DNA from: Aulosira sp. ZfuVER01
GTDB taxonomy: Bacteria; Cyanobacteriota; Cyanobacteriia; Cyanobacteriales; Nostocaceae
NCBI GenBank assembly: GCA_034530615.2
Contig: JAVRCV020000051.1
Location: 1 to 64,000, forward strand
DNA length: 64,000 nt
Reading direction: 5' to 3'
Under the pieces are notes generated by a model. It searched no databases. It was not told the DNA's origin and worked only from the letters and a program-made list of their open reading frames with translations. The position numbers were made by a program, and so were the translations under genes. This document shows positions 48,969 through 60,108 of this stretch, piece by piece (the first letter of the stretch is position 1; each line of letters begins with the position of its first letter).

Positions 48969-50138
48969 TCAACCAGGGTAAACGCGACCTTTCCAAGCAC
49001 CACCGCGTCCTTGCCAGTGACGTATAGCTGAATCTATGGTCATTAATGTATAAAGAAAGGCGATCGCGGGTAAGCAAAACGCTAGCCAGGTAGGACATTT
49101 ATAAAAGCGGATAGTAGGAAAGTAAGCTAAGGTCATTAACAACCAAGCTGATAAACTCACAAGAGCGATCGCCCAATTCCCTGTTAAACCCCCTAAGATA
49201 GCAGCTATTGGTGGAATTAAATAAATTAAAGTCATCGCTAAGACTGTGCCAACTAATAGCAAAGGTGAATAATTGAGTTGGGTGTAAGCAGTACGCGCCA
49301 CCATATCCCATACTGTATCTAGGCTGGTATAAGGACGTAAACTCCGAGTTAAAGTACTTAATCCTAGCCAAATATGTCCTCTACCATTTTTGCCTAACTT
49401 GACTGCATGAGCTAAGGCACAATCATCAATTAAAGCTTGGCGAATCGCTGCAATTCCACCAATACGCTCAAGTGCTTGTTTGCGAATTAAAATAGATCCG
49501 CCAGCAGCAGCGGCGGTGGGGTTTTTGGGATGATTAACCCAGCGGAAAGGATAGAGTTTTTGAAAGAAAAACACGAAAGCCGGAATCAAAAGTTTTTCCC
49601 AAAAATTTTCACATCTGAGCCGCACCATCACTGAAACTAAATCTAAATCTTCTTGTTCAGCTTTCGCTACTAATCGGCGGAGACTACCCAAGTCATGTTC
49701 AATATCTGCATCTGTAAGTAAAAAATAATCAGGTGTAAACTCATTAGCTATTTGAATACCTTGCTCAACAGCCCAGAGTTTGCCACTCCAGCCAGGAGGT
49801 AAGGATTTGCCGGAAATAATATGCAGTTTTTCGGGTTGATTTAAGGCGCAAGCAACTCCTTGAGCAAAATCGGCTGTCCCGTCGGTGCTGCGATCGTCTA
49901 CCAAAAAAACGTTAAAATCACCAGGATAGTCTTGAAGTAAAAGCGATCGCAGGGTGAGTGGTAGCAATTCGGCTTCGTTACGCGCTGGAATTACCACACA
50001 AATCCTCGGCAAAGATAATAAGGGGATTTCTTTTGCTTCTAATTTCTGGTCAGATCGCCAAAACTGCCCCCGAAAACTCAGTAATCCTATCCAAATTAAT
50101 AAAGATAAAACTGTGAGTGCTAATACAAATGCCGCCAT
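48969..50138 (-). CDS. hpnB: Hopene-associated GT2 glycosyltransferase
   Basis: IPARNEA, GWSGKLWA, TDADI, LIDDCALA, MVARTAYTQL, GGAWKGRVY. Confidence 0.9.
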   Translation of the reverse strand: MAAFVLALTVLSLLIWIGLLSFRGQFWRSDQKLEAKEIPLLSLPRICVVIPARNEAELLPLTLRSLLLQDYPGDFNVFLVDDRSTDGTADFAQGVACALNQPEKLHIISGKSLPPGWSGKLWAVEQGIQIANEFTPDYFLLTDADIEHDLGSLRRLVAKAEQEDLDLVSVMVRLRCENFWEKLLIPAFVFFFQKLYPFRWVNHPKNPTAAAAGGSILIRKQALERIGGIAAIRQALIDDCALAHAVKLGKNGRGHIWLGLSTLTRSLRPYTSLDTVWDMVARTAYTQLNYSPLLLVGTVLAMTLIYLIPPIAAILGGLTGNWAIALVSLSAWLLMTLAYFPTIRFYKCPTWLAFCLPAIAFLYTLMTIDSAIRHWQGRGGAWKGRVYPG

Positions 50139-50239
50139 GACCTATTGCCCATTCTCAATGTCTCAGACAGAATACTATGTCTGCTGATTATGGGAAAATA
50201 TTTTTCACCGTTGTGGTGTTGAGGTGAAATAGTATTTCG

Positions 50240-52159
50240 ATGCAAACTCAAGACAGGGTAACAGTCAATCAAGTCGCAGCGGCGATCGCAGCCAGCCAAA
50301 AACATCTGCTGTCAATTCAAAATTCATCAGGTTACTGGTGGGCAGAGTTAGAATCTAATGTCACTATTACTGCTGAAGCTGTTCTACTGCATAAAATTTG
50401 GGGCACAGATAGCACCAGACCCTTACACAAAGTGGAAACCTACCTGCGTCATCAACAACGCCAGCATGGAGGTTGGGAACTGTTCTATGGGGATGGGGGA
50501 GAACTGAGTACTTCGGTGGAAGCTTACATGGCTTTGAGACTCCTGGGTGTGCCAGCTAGCGATCCCGCAATGCTCAAGGCTAAAGCTTTTATTCTCCAAC
50601 GTGGTGGCATCAGTAAAACTCGCATCTTTACTAAGTTACACCTAGCTCTCATTGGCTGCTATGACTGGCGCGGTATTCCCTCCCTACCACCCTGGATTAT
50701 GCTTTTGCCTAATGCTTTCCCCGTCAACATCTATGAAATGTCGAGTTGGGCGAGATCGAGTACTGTACCGCTGTTGATTGTCTGTGACAGTAAACCTGTT
50801 TATCTGATTGACCCAGCCATCAACCTAGACGAACTGTATGCTGAAGGTCGCGATCGCGTCCAGTGGGAATTACCCCGGAGTGGCGATTGGACAGATTTAT
50901 TCATCACCCTCGATCGAGGATTCAAGTTGGCAGAAAGCTTGAATTTAGTTCCCTTCCGTGAAGAAAGCATCAAAGCCGCAGAAAAATGGATTTTAGATCG
51001 GCAAGAAGCTACAGGTGACTGGGGTGGAATTATTCCGGCCATGCTCAATTCCCTGTTAGCCTTGCGCTGTTTGGGTTATGACCCAGCCGACCCAATTGTA
51101 GAACGGGGATTAAAAGCAGTCGATAACTTTGCCATTGAAACCGCAGATAGCTACTGCGTCCAGCCTTGTGTTTCACCAGTTTGGGATACAGCCTGGGCAA
51201 TTCGTGCCTTAGTAGATTCTGGTTTTGCCCCAGATCATCCCGCGATCGTGCAGGCGGGAGAATGGTTAATCGACAAGCAAATTCTCGACTATGGAGATTG
51301 GTATGTCAAAAATCGCCAAGGAAAACCAGGTGCTTGGGCATTTGAGTTTGACAATCGCTTTTACCCAGACGTAGACGATTCTGCTGTTGTGGTAATGGCG
51401 CTACATCAGGCGAAACTCCCCAATGAAAAATTAAAGCAAGCTGCGATCGCCCGCGCCTTAAACTGGATTGCGACTATGCAGTGTAAACCAGGTGGTTGGG
51501 CAGCTTTTGACCTTGACAACGATCAAGATTGGCTCAACGCTATACCCTACGGCGATTTGAAAGCCATGATCGACCCGAACACAGCAGATGTCACTGCCAG
51601 GGTACTAGAAATGCTGGGTGCTTGTGACCTATCAATAGATAATCAAAACTTTGAGAAAGCGATCGCTTATATTCTCCGCGAACAAGAATCAGAAGGCTGT
51701 TGGTTTGGTCGTTGGGGAGTAAATTATATTTATGGTACTAGTGGCGTTATTTCAGCCTTAGCCTTAGTTGCGCCGCAAACTCAGCAAAAGAGTATCGAAC
51801 GGGGAGCCGCTTGGCTAGTTAGCTGCCAAAATCCTGACGGTGGTTGGGGCGAAACTTGCCTCACATATAACGATCCTAGCCTTAAAGGACAAGGAACTAG
51901 TACAGCATCCCAAACAGCTTGGGCTTTAATTGGACTAATCGCCGCAGGTGAATCCACTGGCAAATTCGCTCATGATGCCATTGAAAAAGGAATCAGCTAC
52001 CTTTTAGCAAACCAAAAGCCAGATGGTACTTGGTTCGAGGCGTACTTTACAGGTACAGGCTTCCCCTGCCATTTCTATCTGAAATATCACCTCTATCAAC
52101 AGTATTTCCCTTTAATCGCTCTCGGTCGCTACCGCTCAGTTTTAGAAGCTAGGGGATAG
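50240..52159 (+). CDS. shc: Squalene-hopene cyclase
   Basis: YPDVDDSA (DxDD), QW repeats, FTGTGFP..FYLKYHLY. Confidence 0.97.
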   Translation: MQTQDRVTVNQVAAAIAASQKHLLSIQNSSGYWWAELESNVTITAEAVLLHKIWGTDSTRPLHKVETYLRHQQRQHGGWELFYGDGGELSTSVEAYMALRLLGVPASDPAMLKAKAFILQRGGISKTRIFTKLHLALIGCYDWRGIPSLPPWIMLLPNAFPVNIYEMSSWARSSTVPLLIVCDSKPVYLIDPAINLDELYAEGRDRVQWELPRSGDWTDLFITLDRGFKLAESLNLVPFREESIKAAEKWILDRQEATGDWGGIIPAMLNSLLALRCLGYDPADPIVERGLKAVDNFAIETADSYCVQPCVSPVWDTAWAIRALVDSGFAPDHPAIVQAGEWLIDKQILDYGDWYVKNRQGKPGAWAFEFDNRFYPDVDDSAVVVMALHQAKLPNEKLKQAAIARALNWIATMQCKPGGWAAFDLDNDQDWLNAIPYGDLKAMIDPNTADVTARVLEMLGACDLSIDNQNFEKAIAYILREQESEGCWFGRWGVNYIYGTSGVISALALVAPQTQQKSIERGAAWLVSCQNPDGGWGETCLTYNDPSLKGQGTSTASQTAWALIGLIAAGESTGKFAHDAIEKGISYLLANQKPDGTWFEAYFTGTGFPCHFYLKYHLYQQYFPLIALGRYRSVLEARG

Positions 52160-52300
52160 GGGAAGAGGCAGAGGGGTAGGGCGCAGAGGGAGATGAGGGA
52201 GACAGGGAGGACAATGAGGACAAGGGGGAAATAACAAATGACCAATGCCCCTTGCCCCATGCCCAATGCCCAATGCCCAATTACAAATGACAAATGACAA

Positions 52301-52693
52301 ATGACAAACCTAATCGAATACGAACAAGCCAGCGATGAAGTCCAGGCGGTATATGATGATATCCGCACCACACGACAGACTGAATATATCAACAATTTTT
52401 GGAAAGCGATCGCCAACCATCCTCCGACTCTGCAACGCACTTGGCAAGCAGTCAAGGAAGTGATGACTAGCCCTGGTGAGATCGATCCGCTAATGCGCGA
52501 ACTCATTTACATCGCCGTGAGTGTGACAAATGGCTGTGATTATTGCATTGCCTCACACTCAGCATCAGGGCGTGCTAAGGGGATGAGCGATACTATGTTT
52601 GGTGAACTTTTGGCGATCGTTGCTACCGCGAACATGACTAATCGCCTTGCTGATGGTTATAAAATTCCTGTGGATGAGCAATTTAAGACGTAG
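52301..52693 (+). CDS. Carboxymuconolactone decarboxylase/AhpD family protein
   Basis: ELIYIAVSVTNGCDYCIASH. Confidence 0.9.
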   Translation: MTNLIEYEQASDEVQAVYDDIRTTRQTEYINNFWKAIANHPPTLQRTWQAVKEVMTSPGEIDPLMRELIYIAVSVTNGCDYCIASHSASGRAKGMSDTMFGELLAIVATANMTNRLADGYKIPVDEQFKT

Positions 52694-52919
52694 GAATTTC
52701 AACCTCTCGCATAAATTGATTTTTTGGATATCAAACCACAGATAAACACAGATAAATATCGGTGTACATCTGTGGTTCCTTTTCTTGCTATTCCTATTTT
52801 TGCAAGAGACTCCATGACCTGCGCTTACAAGGGACAATAAAAATCAATCTTTCCATGCCCAATGCCCAATGCCCAATGCCCATTGCCCATTGCTCATTTT
52901 TAAGGCAGTCTATTCTCTA

Positions 52920-53795
52920 TCACCCTAAACCTAGATGATTTTGCAGTGCTTGACGCATTACATCTACAGGTACAGTTTCTTGCTGTAACCAGATTTTTAA
53001 GGCGGCCGCACCTTGTTGAACTAGCATTTCTAAACCATCGATCGCTATTGCACCTTTTTCCTGGGCGATTTGGAGAAACTGCGTCGGTTGAGGAATATAT
53101 ATCAAATCGTAAGCGATCGCTCCTGTTGGTAACTTGGCTATTTCCGCCGCACTCAAAGGCGATTCATCAACTTTGGGATACATTCCTATTGGAGTTGTAT
53201 TGACTAACAAATTTCCTTGGGGAATCAGTTTCCCTAATTTATCCCATGTATGAACTTGCAAATTTGTGGCTAGTGAAGAATCATCCCAACTAGCATAAAA
53301 TTCTTCTAATCTCTGCTGACTGCGCCCTACAACGTGAATCTCGGCAAATCCTAGTTGGTGACAACCTGCAACAACTGCTCTCGCCGCGCCGCCGTTACCT
53401 AAAATTACCGCTGCTTTCTGGCTCCAATCTTGGTGATATGTGGTTTGCAAAGGGGCGATAAATCCTTCTATATCTGTGTTTGTACCTACCCATTTGTTAT
53501 CTTGACGACTAACAGTATTCACTGCGCCGATAGCTTGGGCAATGGGGGTAATTTCTGCTAACAATGGCATAATTGCCTGTTTGTGAGGGATAGTGACACT
53601 AAAACCAACAACCCCAACAGCCGCAAAACCTGCGATTGCTATTTCTAAATTCTCTGGTGCTATAGGAAAAGGAAGATAAACATAATCTAATCCCAATTGA
53701 GCGATCGCTGCATTGTGCATCACTGGTGATAAGGAATGTTCCACCGGATGCCCAATCACTCCTAAAAGTTTAGTTTTGCCTGTAATCTGCAACAT
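52920..53795 (-). CDS. aroE: Shikimate dehydrogenase
   Basis: GHPVEHSLSPVMHN, VTIPHK, GAVNT, NTD, GNGGAARA. Confidence 0.96.
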   Translation of the reverse strand: MLQITGKTKLLGVIGHPVEHSLSPVMHNAAIAQLGLDYVYLPFPIAPENLEIAIAGFAAVGVVGFSVTIPHKQAIMPLLAEITPIAQAIGAVNTVSRQDNKWVGTNTDIEGFIAPLQTTYHQDWSQKAAVILGNGGAARAVVAGCHQLGFAEIHVVGRSQQRLEEFYASWDDSSLATNLQVHTWDKLGKLIPQGNLLVNTTPIGMYPKVDESPLSAAEIAKLPTGAIAYDLIYIPQPTQFLQIAQEKGAIAIDGLEMLVQQGAAALKIWLQQETVPVDVMRQALQNHLGLG

Positions 53796-53855
53796 ACTTT
53801 GTCAGCCAGTGACTTCTCGCCTCTGGGCAATTTATCACAACTTTGGTGGCATTAT

Positions 53856-56018
53856 TTAGACATCTCTTTTAAATGATTGCAGAATTTCCATCAGCGTATT
53901 TTGGCTACTGCGTTCTGGCTCATGCTTACGGGGGCGACGTTGGATATAGGAACCATCGGATTGCAGATCCCAAGCTTGGCGATTGTCTGCCAGCATAATC
54001 TCCAAAATGTCTTGTAAAGTTTGCGAAATTTTGGGATCTTCCACTGGTGTTACAGCTTCTACCCGTCGATCTAAGTTGCGCGGCATCCAATCCGCACTAC
54101 CGATGTACACTTCATTTTGCCCGTTATTGTGGAAGTGAAAGATCCGAGAGTGCTCTAAAAAGCGGCCAATAATGCTGATGACGCGGATGTTTTCGCTGAT
54201 TTCTGGTACTCCCGGACGCAAACAGCACGTACCGCGAACAATTAGATCAATTTGGACTCCCGATTGCGATGCGGCGTAGAGGCTGGTAATAATTTGCGGA
54301 TCTACCAGAGAATTCATTTTGGCAACGATTCGGCCTGTTTTCCCATTTTTGCAGTGTTCAATTTCGCGGCGAATCAAGGCGATCGTGCGATCGCGCATAC
54401 TTACAGGTGATACTAGCAGCTTGCGGTAACAAGGCTGATAGGCATAGCCAGTTAAATAATTAAATAAATCAGTTAAATCTGCACCTATGTCTTCTCGACA
54501 AGTAAAAAGTCCTAAATCGGTGTATAACTTTGCTGTTTTCGGATTGTAGTTGCCAGTGCCAATATGAACATAGCGACGAAGTTTTTCTCCTTCTCGACGC
54601 ACCACCAAGACAATTTTGGTGTGAGTTTTCAGCCCTATCAAGCCATATACAACATGAATTCCTGACTTTTCTAATATTTGCGCCCAGGTAATGTTATTTT
54701 CTTCATCAAAACGGGCTTTTAATTCTACAAGAACTGTAACTTGCTTGCCACTTTCTGCTGCTGCAATCAAAGATTGAAAAATCTCCGAATCTCCAGAACA
54801 ACGATAAAGTGTCATTTTAATTGCCAGTACATGAGCATCACACGCCGCTTGCGCGATAAATTCCTCTACAGAGGCGGTAAAAGATTCGTAGGGATGATGT
54901 ACTAACAAATCATTTTGTTGAATTATCGAGAAAATATTTTCTCTTGCTGCTGCTTTTTTTAATTTAGTTATTTGTTTGGATTGATGAATATCATGTAGCC
55001 GAGGTGGAATTATTGGCGTCCAAGGTGGATCTTTCAATTCTGGTAATTGCAAAGCCATGAACGACATTAAATCCTTTAAATTTAACAGTCCATCTATTTC
55101 ATAAACATCATTCTCAGTCAGTTCCATTTCTGGGCATAACATTTGTCGCACATACTCAGGCATTGAAGGTTGAATTTCTAATCGGACTACACAACCGCGA
55201 AAATGTCGCCCACGTAACTCCTGCTGAATTGCTAATAGTAAGTCATCTGCTTCTTCTTTGGCTACTGCTAAATCTGCCTTACGAGTGAGTCGAAATAGAT
55301 GATATTCTTGCACAACCATGCCAGGAAATAAGGTTTCTAGATTGTGCGCAACTACCTGTTCTATTGGTACACCCATCCAATGATTTACTGTGCCATTTTG
55401 TGGTTCTAAATCTTGAGGTAACTCAATAAATCGCGGCAGAATATCTGGCACTTTGACTTTAGCAAACTTTTGTTTTTCTGTGGTTGGATCTTTGACAACT
55501 ACTGCCAAATTGATGCTGAGATTAGCCATTCGCGGGAAGGGATGGCTAGGATCTACTGCTAAGGGTGTCAGAACTGGAAAAATTCGCTGTTTAAATAAGT
55601 TTTGTAGGTAAGAACGCTGTTCTAAACTGATATCTGTGTAATTGAGCAGATAAATCCCATTAGATGCCATTTCTGAACGCAGCACCTGCTCAAAGTGGTG
55701 ATGCTGCTGCATTACCATTGGACGCAATACTTGTGCGATCGCTTCTAATTGTTCTTGTGGAGTCAAACCATCTGGCGTTCGTTTACTTACCTGCGCTTGG
55801 ACTTGCTCTTTGAGAATTGCTACGCGAATCATGAAATATTCATCTAAATTAGAACTGAAGATGGCAGTAAATTTTAGTCTTTCTAATAAGGGTGTACGCA
55901 GATCCAACGCTTCATGTAAAACCCGCCGATTAAATTCTAACCAACTTAACTCTCGATTAAAGTAATATTGGGGGTCACTCAAGTTAATAGCTGTAGTTAT
56001 CTGTTTAGCTTTGACCAT
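53856..56018 (-). CDS. ppk1: Polyphosphate kinase 1
   Basis: NRELSWLEFNRRVL, HHPYESF, ELKARFDEENN, GSADWMPRNLDRRVE. Confidence 0.97.
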   Translation of the reverse strand: MVKAKQITTAINLSDPQYYFNRELSWLEFNRRVLHEALDLRTPLLERLKFTAIFSSNLDEYFMIRVAILKEQVQAQVSKRTPDGLTPQEQLEAIAQVLRPMVMQQHHHFEQVLRSEMASNGIYLLNYTDISLEQRSYLQNLFKQRIFPVLTPLAVDPSHPFPRMANLSINLAVVVKDPTTEKQKFAKVKVPDILPRFIELPQDLEPQNGTVNHWMGVPIEQVVAHNLETLFPGMVVQEYHLFRLTRKADLAVAKEEADDLLLAIQQELRGRHFRGCVVRLEIQPSMPEYVRQMLCPEMELTENDVYEIDGLLNLKDLMSFMALQLPELKDPPWTPIIPPRLHDIHQSKQITKLKKAAARENIFSIIQQNDLLVHHPYESFTASVEEFIAQAACDAHVLAIKMTLYRCSGDSEIFQSLIAAAESGKQVTVLVELKARFDEENNITWAQILEKSGIHVVYGLIGLKTHTKIVLVVRREGEKLRRYVHIGTGNYNPKTAKLYTDLGLFTCREDIGADLTDLFNYLTGYAYQPCYRKLLVSPVSMRDRTIALIRREIEHCKNGKTGRIVAKMNSLVDPQIITSLYAASQSGVQIDLIVRGTCCLRPGVPEISENIRVISIIGRFLEHSRIFHFHNNGQNEVYIGSADWMPRNLDRRVEAVTPVEDPKISQTLQDILEIMLADNRQAWDLQSDGSYIQRRPRKHEPERSSQNTLMEILQSFKRDV

Positions 56019-56332
56019 ATTAATTTATTCAGAGAAAAATTTTGGAAAATATAGATAAAGCTTCTACTTTATATCGCTCAGATTGATAGATTATTTTATG
56101 TTTTACACAGAAGATTTATAAGAGTTAAATTGTGGTTGATTCAGGTATAGTAAATATATTTTCAATCTTTTAAGACTAATTGAAAATTAATAACTATTTA
56201 TTAGCCTGCAAATATTTAAAAATTTTTTATTTATAAAATTAATTAGTATTTTGATTATTTTCTGCTTATTTATCAAAGGAATTTTTCCAAATTAATTTTG
56301 ACATTGCTGTCACTAACTAGATTCTTTGTAAT

Positions 56333-56362
56333 TAATTAACATGAGGTTAAGCAAAGGTTAAG
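56333..56362 (-). promoter_or_regulatory. Pho (SphR/PhoB) box upstream of ppk1
   Basis: Minus strand CTTAACCT-ttg-CTTAACCT-cat-GTTAATTA: three 8-mers with an 11-bp period. Confidence 0.75.
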
Positions 56363-56583
56363 TAAGCCTTGATTTTATATCAACTTTGCTAATGTAAGCT
56401 TTTTTACATAGACAACTAGCGTCGAATAAAAAATGTTTTTTTATGCGAACTAATAGAAGATAAAATGCCAGCCAATTTTTATAGCATATATAAGCTCAAA
56501 TGTTCGATTGAAGATGAACAAAACTAATACTAAATATTAATTTTTAACTTTATTTATCCAATATTTGATAGCAATGAATCTAT

Positions 56584-56597
56584 GTAATAAATATTAC
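56584..56597 (+). promoter_or_regulatory. Candidate NtcA site
   Basis: tGTA-ATAAATAT-TACa; TAGGCT -10-like box 20 bp downstream. Confidence 0.45.
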
Positions 56598-56729
56598 ACA
56601 ATAAACCTATTTGACTGTAGGCTAACTAAACCTAAAAAGTTGATGGTTAATGTTGGTTTTCCCGACCTTAAACCGAACCTAGTTACTGGATTACAATGAT
56701 TAAAAGCTACTTCACATTTCTTTAGAATC

Positions 56730-57665
56730 ATGCAGGCAATTACAGCCCCCTCTACAACCCCAATTCCTGGACAATACTGGCAGTGGCGAGGGCATAAAGT
56801 TTACTATGTACGAGCCGGAGAACAACATCCGCAACGTCCGCCTTTGTTATTAGTACATGGATTTGGTGCTTCTACAGACCACTGGCGCAAAAACATTACA
56901 GAACTAAGCCAAGATTTTCAAGTATTTGCAATTGATTTATTAGGATTTGGACGTTCAGCCAAACCTAAATTGCAGTACGGTGGTGACTTGTGGCGTGACC
57001 AACTTTACGACTTTATCAGTGAAATTATTGGTCAAAAAGCAGTTTTAGTAGGTAACTCCCTTGGTGGCTATGCTTCCTTGTGTGTTGCAGCACAACGGCC
57101 TGATAGTGCTGCTGGGGTAGTCTTGTTAAATAGTGCGGGGCCCTTTAACGAACAGCCAACATCTGAACCTGAAGCTTTGCAAACACAAATTCAGCCTCCC
57201 AAACAAGAATCGGGATTGCAAAAGTTGCTGGGTGAAAGCGTGAAGTGGATGTTTCAGCAACCTTTAGCGCAGTTTTTATTATTTCAATACGTGCGACAGC
57301 GTTGGGTAATTCGCCAAACCCTAGAAAAAGTTTATTTGGATAAGAGTGCAATTACAGACCAATTGATAGAAGAAATTTATCGGCCTGCTTATGATGCAGG
57401 CGCATTCGATGTATTTGTCTCCGTGTTTAGTAGTCCCCAAGGAGAAAAAGTGGATGTACTGCTAAAGCAATTAACTTGTGGTTTATTGTTATTATGGGGA
57501 GAAGCTGACCCTTGGATGAATGCTAGAGAGCGTTCCCAGAAGTTTCGCCAATATTATCCACAACTGCAAGAACATTTTCTCATGGCAGGTCATTGTCCCC
57601 ATGATGAAATACCAGAGCAAGTAAACTCTCTTTTGAAAGATTGGGTGTTGTCACTTCCTCAGTAA
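56730..57665 (+). CDS. Alpha/beta-fold hydrolase
   Basis: LLVHGFGASTDHW, GNSLGG, AGHCPHDE. Confidence 0.93.
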   Translation: MQAITAPSTTPIPGQYWQWRGHKVYYVRAGEQHPQRPPLLLVHGFGASTDHWRKNITELSQDFQVFAIDLLGFGRSAKPKLQYGGDLWRDQLYDFISEIIGQKAVLVGNSLGGYASLCVAAQRPDSAAGVVLLNSAGPFNEQPTSEPEALQTQIQPPKQESGLQKLLGESVKWMFQQPLAQFLLFQYVRQRWVIRQTLEKVYLDKSAITDQLIEEIYRPAYDAGAFDVFVSVFSSPQGEKVDVLLKQLTCGLLLLWGEADPWMNARERSQKFRQYYPQLQEHFLMAGHCPHDEIPEQVNSLLKDWVLSLPQ

Positions 57666-57699
57666 ATCACAAAACAATTTTAAGTATTCCATACACAAT

Positions 57700-57723
57700 A
57701 AAAGCCTGCACAAGCAGGCTTTT
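57700..57723. terminator. Bidirectional intrinsic terminator
   Basis: aaaagcctgc-acaa-gcaggctttt between convergent genes. Confidence 0.8.
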
Positions 57724-57770
57724 AAATAGCAAAATATCCTGATTTTTCAGTAGCAAATTCCTGTTAGCTA

Positions 57771-58205
57771 TTACTTATTGAGGGCGTATTGTCGAAACCT
57801 TTCTAAATCGGCTTGAATTGTTGACTCAACAACTCTCCCCAAAAACAAGTTATCCATAATTTTGCCAAGAAAGCCAGGGATAGCGTAGGAAATAGTCATT
57901 TTGACAATACTACTACCGTGGCGATCGTAAAAGCGAATCGCGCCTTGATTTGGCAAGCCATCAATCGATTCCCATTGGATAATCTGATTGGGTATAACTT
58001 TGAGAATCCGGGATTTCCAGGTAAAATCCAGACCGCCAGTACTCAGCTTCCAAATAGATATCTCTGGATCGTCAGGCGATATTTTCACAGAATCAATCCA
58101 CTTCATCCATTTGGGCATTTGCTCCAAATCAGACCAGAGACTCCATACTAAATCAATAGGAGCCTCAACCTCGACCTGTACACTATGCTCTAGCCAGTCT
58201 GACAT
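57771..58205 (-). CDS. SRPBCC/polyketide cyclase family protein
   Basis: VWSLWSDLEQMPKWMKWI, IQWESIDGLPNQG; lies directly downstream of zds. Confidence 0.88.
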   Translation of the reverse strand: MSDWLEHSVQVEVEAPIDLVWSLWSDLEQMPKWMKWIDSVKISPDDPEISIWKLSTGGLDFTWKSRILKVIPNQIIQWESIDGLPNQGAIRFYDRHGSSIVKMTISYAIPGFLGKIMDNLFLGRVVESTIQADLERFRQYALNK

Positions 58206-58247
58206 TTTGTTTCCTTCCTCTACGTCCTCTATCGCCTCGCGCGGTTC

Positions 58248-59687
58248 TTATTGCTTCAAATTTTCCAAAATCACTTTTGCCGCACGTCGCCCGGAAATTG
58301 TTGCTCCCTCCATGCTATCGATATAGTCTTGCTGAGTATAACTCCCTGCCAAAAAGAAATTAGGAACTGGTGTCTTTTGGTTGGGACGGTACACATCCAT
58401 CCCTGGTGCTTCTCGGTAAAGAGACTGGGCAAGTTTTACTACGTTGTACCAAGTCATATTTAACTCTCGTGACGAGGGGAAGAGTTCATGCACTTGCCCA
58501 AGAACGTGCTGGGCGATCGCTTCATTGCTTTGTTTGATAAACGGATCTCCCGGTGTTAGCACTAACTGCAACAAAGAACCCTGTCCTGGGCGATAATAAT
58601 CAGCAGGGCTAGCTAACGCCAAATCTGCAAAGCATGAGAAATCAGCATCGGCGGTGTAGAGCAAGTTATCTATACCCGCTGCATGATTTAGCTGCTTGCG
58701 TTGCTCTCCATCTTGTAGTTCTGTTACCCAACCATCAAACCTTAGCTGTACTGTGGCAACGGGCACGGCATCTAGTTTGTAGATGTTGTCAAATTCTGAC
58801 CACTTACGCCACTGTTGAGGTATGATGCGTTGAATCCCAGGTACATCACAGGCAAAGACGTAGGCATCAGCAGTAATTACTTCTTCTGTATCACCTTGGG
58901 CAACCACTATACCCGTAACCTGGGTTTGTTCCCCTTGTTCTGCAAACTGAATTTCCCGCACTTGCCGACGGGTGTAAACTTGAGTGCCTCTAGCTGCCAA
59001 ATATTCCAAGATGGGTTTGTGCAGGTATTCATGTGGGGAACCTTCCAGCATCCGCATTATTGAGGCTTCAGTCTTAACTGCAAAAAACTGAAAGATTGTC
59101 AACATACAACGGGCGGAAATGTTTTCGCAATCAATAAATCCCAAGGCGTAAGCGATAGGGTTCCACATCCGCTTAATGCTACCTTCATTACCACCGTGAC
59201 TGCGAAACCAGTCAGCAAAGCTGATTTTATCTAAGTCACGAATGGTTTTCATCGCCCTATCAAAGTCCACCAAACCCCGAACGATGGGGCTAGTGCCTAG
59301 GGCGATCGCATTTTGCAATTTATCCTGTAATGATAGTTGAGAAGTAGTAAAAAATGCCTTTAACCCATTAAAAGGCGCACCAGTGAAGAAACGAAAATCT
59401 AAAGCACCGGTGCGCCCTCCTTTGTTGATAAAAGTGTGGGTATGTTCTTTAAGGCGTAGATTATCTAACGCCCCTACCTTCTTCATCAAGTCAAATAGCT
59501 GATAGTAGCAGCCAAAAAACACGTGCAACCCCATTTCAATATGGTTGCCATCGCCATCTACCCAACTACTAACTTTTCCACCAACAAATGGACGGGACTC
59601 AAAAATCTGTACTTCACAGCCAGCATCAGCTAAATCTACGGCAGTTGCTAGCCCTGCCAGTCCCGCACCTACGATTGCAACGCGCAT
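58248..59687 (-). CDS. zds: 9,9'-di-cis-zeta-carotene desaturase
   Basis: [38 protein letters not shown]. Confidence 0.96.
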   Translation of the reverse strand: MRVAIVGAGLAGLATAVDLADAGCEVQIFESRPFVGGKVSSWVDGDGNHIEMGLHVFFGCYYQLFDLMKKVGALDNLRLKEHTHTFINKGGRTGALDFRFFTGAPFNGLKAFFTTSQLSLQDKLQNAIALGTSPIVRGLVDFDRAMKTIRDLDKISFADWFRSHGGNEGSIKRMWNPIAYALGFIDCENISARCMLTIFQFFAVKTEASIMRMLEGSPHEYLHKPILEYLAARGTQVYTRRQVREIQFAEQGEQTQVTGIVVAQGDTEEVITADAYVFACDVPGIQRIIPQQWRKWSEFDNIYKLDAVPVATVQLRFDGWVTELQDGEQRKQLNHAAGIDNLLYTADADFSCFADLALASPADYYRPGQGSLLQLVLTPGDPFIKQSNEAIAQHVLGQVHELFPSSRELNMTWYNVVKLAQSLYREAPGMDVYRPNQKTPVPNFFLAGSYTQQDYIDSMEGATISGRRAAKVILENLKQ

Positions 59688-59937
59688 TCCGTCGTTCCTT
59701 TTCAGTTTCTTTACAGATTGTAACTGTCTTGGTGTCGGAATTTGCTACTCAATATTCAGTCGATTAGCACTATGGAGGTATAAGGGTGTTCTATTACATA
59801 CTCTGGTCTGCCAAGAGTTTTCAGTAACGAGTAATACCTCATAAAATAGCTCAAGTCTAGGCATTGAGTTACTCAGTACTTACTTTGTAACAACTGAATT
59901 AAAACAAGTATTTAAAGTATTGTTGGCAAACACCTTC

Positions 59938-60108
59938 CTACTTGCTGAGTTCTCTAGTATCTTCAGAGACAGGTAAACCTCTAATCAGTTCCCGAATGAC
60001 ATCGGTTGCTGGTCTACCAGTCTGCTGACAATATTGTTCCAGTTTTTCAGCTTCTTGTGCTGCGAGATTAACTGTTATACGTTTTACGGCCCACTTTTTA
60101 TTTGTCAT
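59938..60108 (-). CDS. Small CopG/ribbon-helix-helix protein, 56 aa (absent from the ORF track)
   Basis: MTNKKWAVKRITVNLAAQEAEKLEQYCQQTGRPATDVIRELIRGLPVSEDTRELSK. Confidence 0.8.
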   Translation of the reverse strand: MTNKKWAVKRITVNLAAQEAEKLEQYCQQTGRPATDVIRELIRGLPVSEDTRELSK

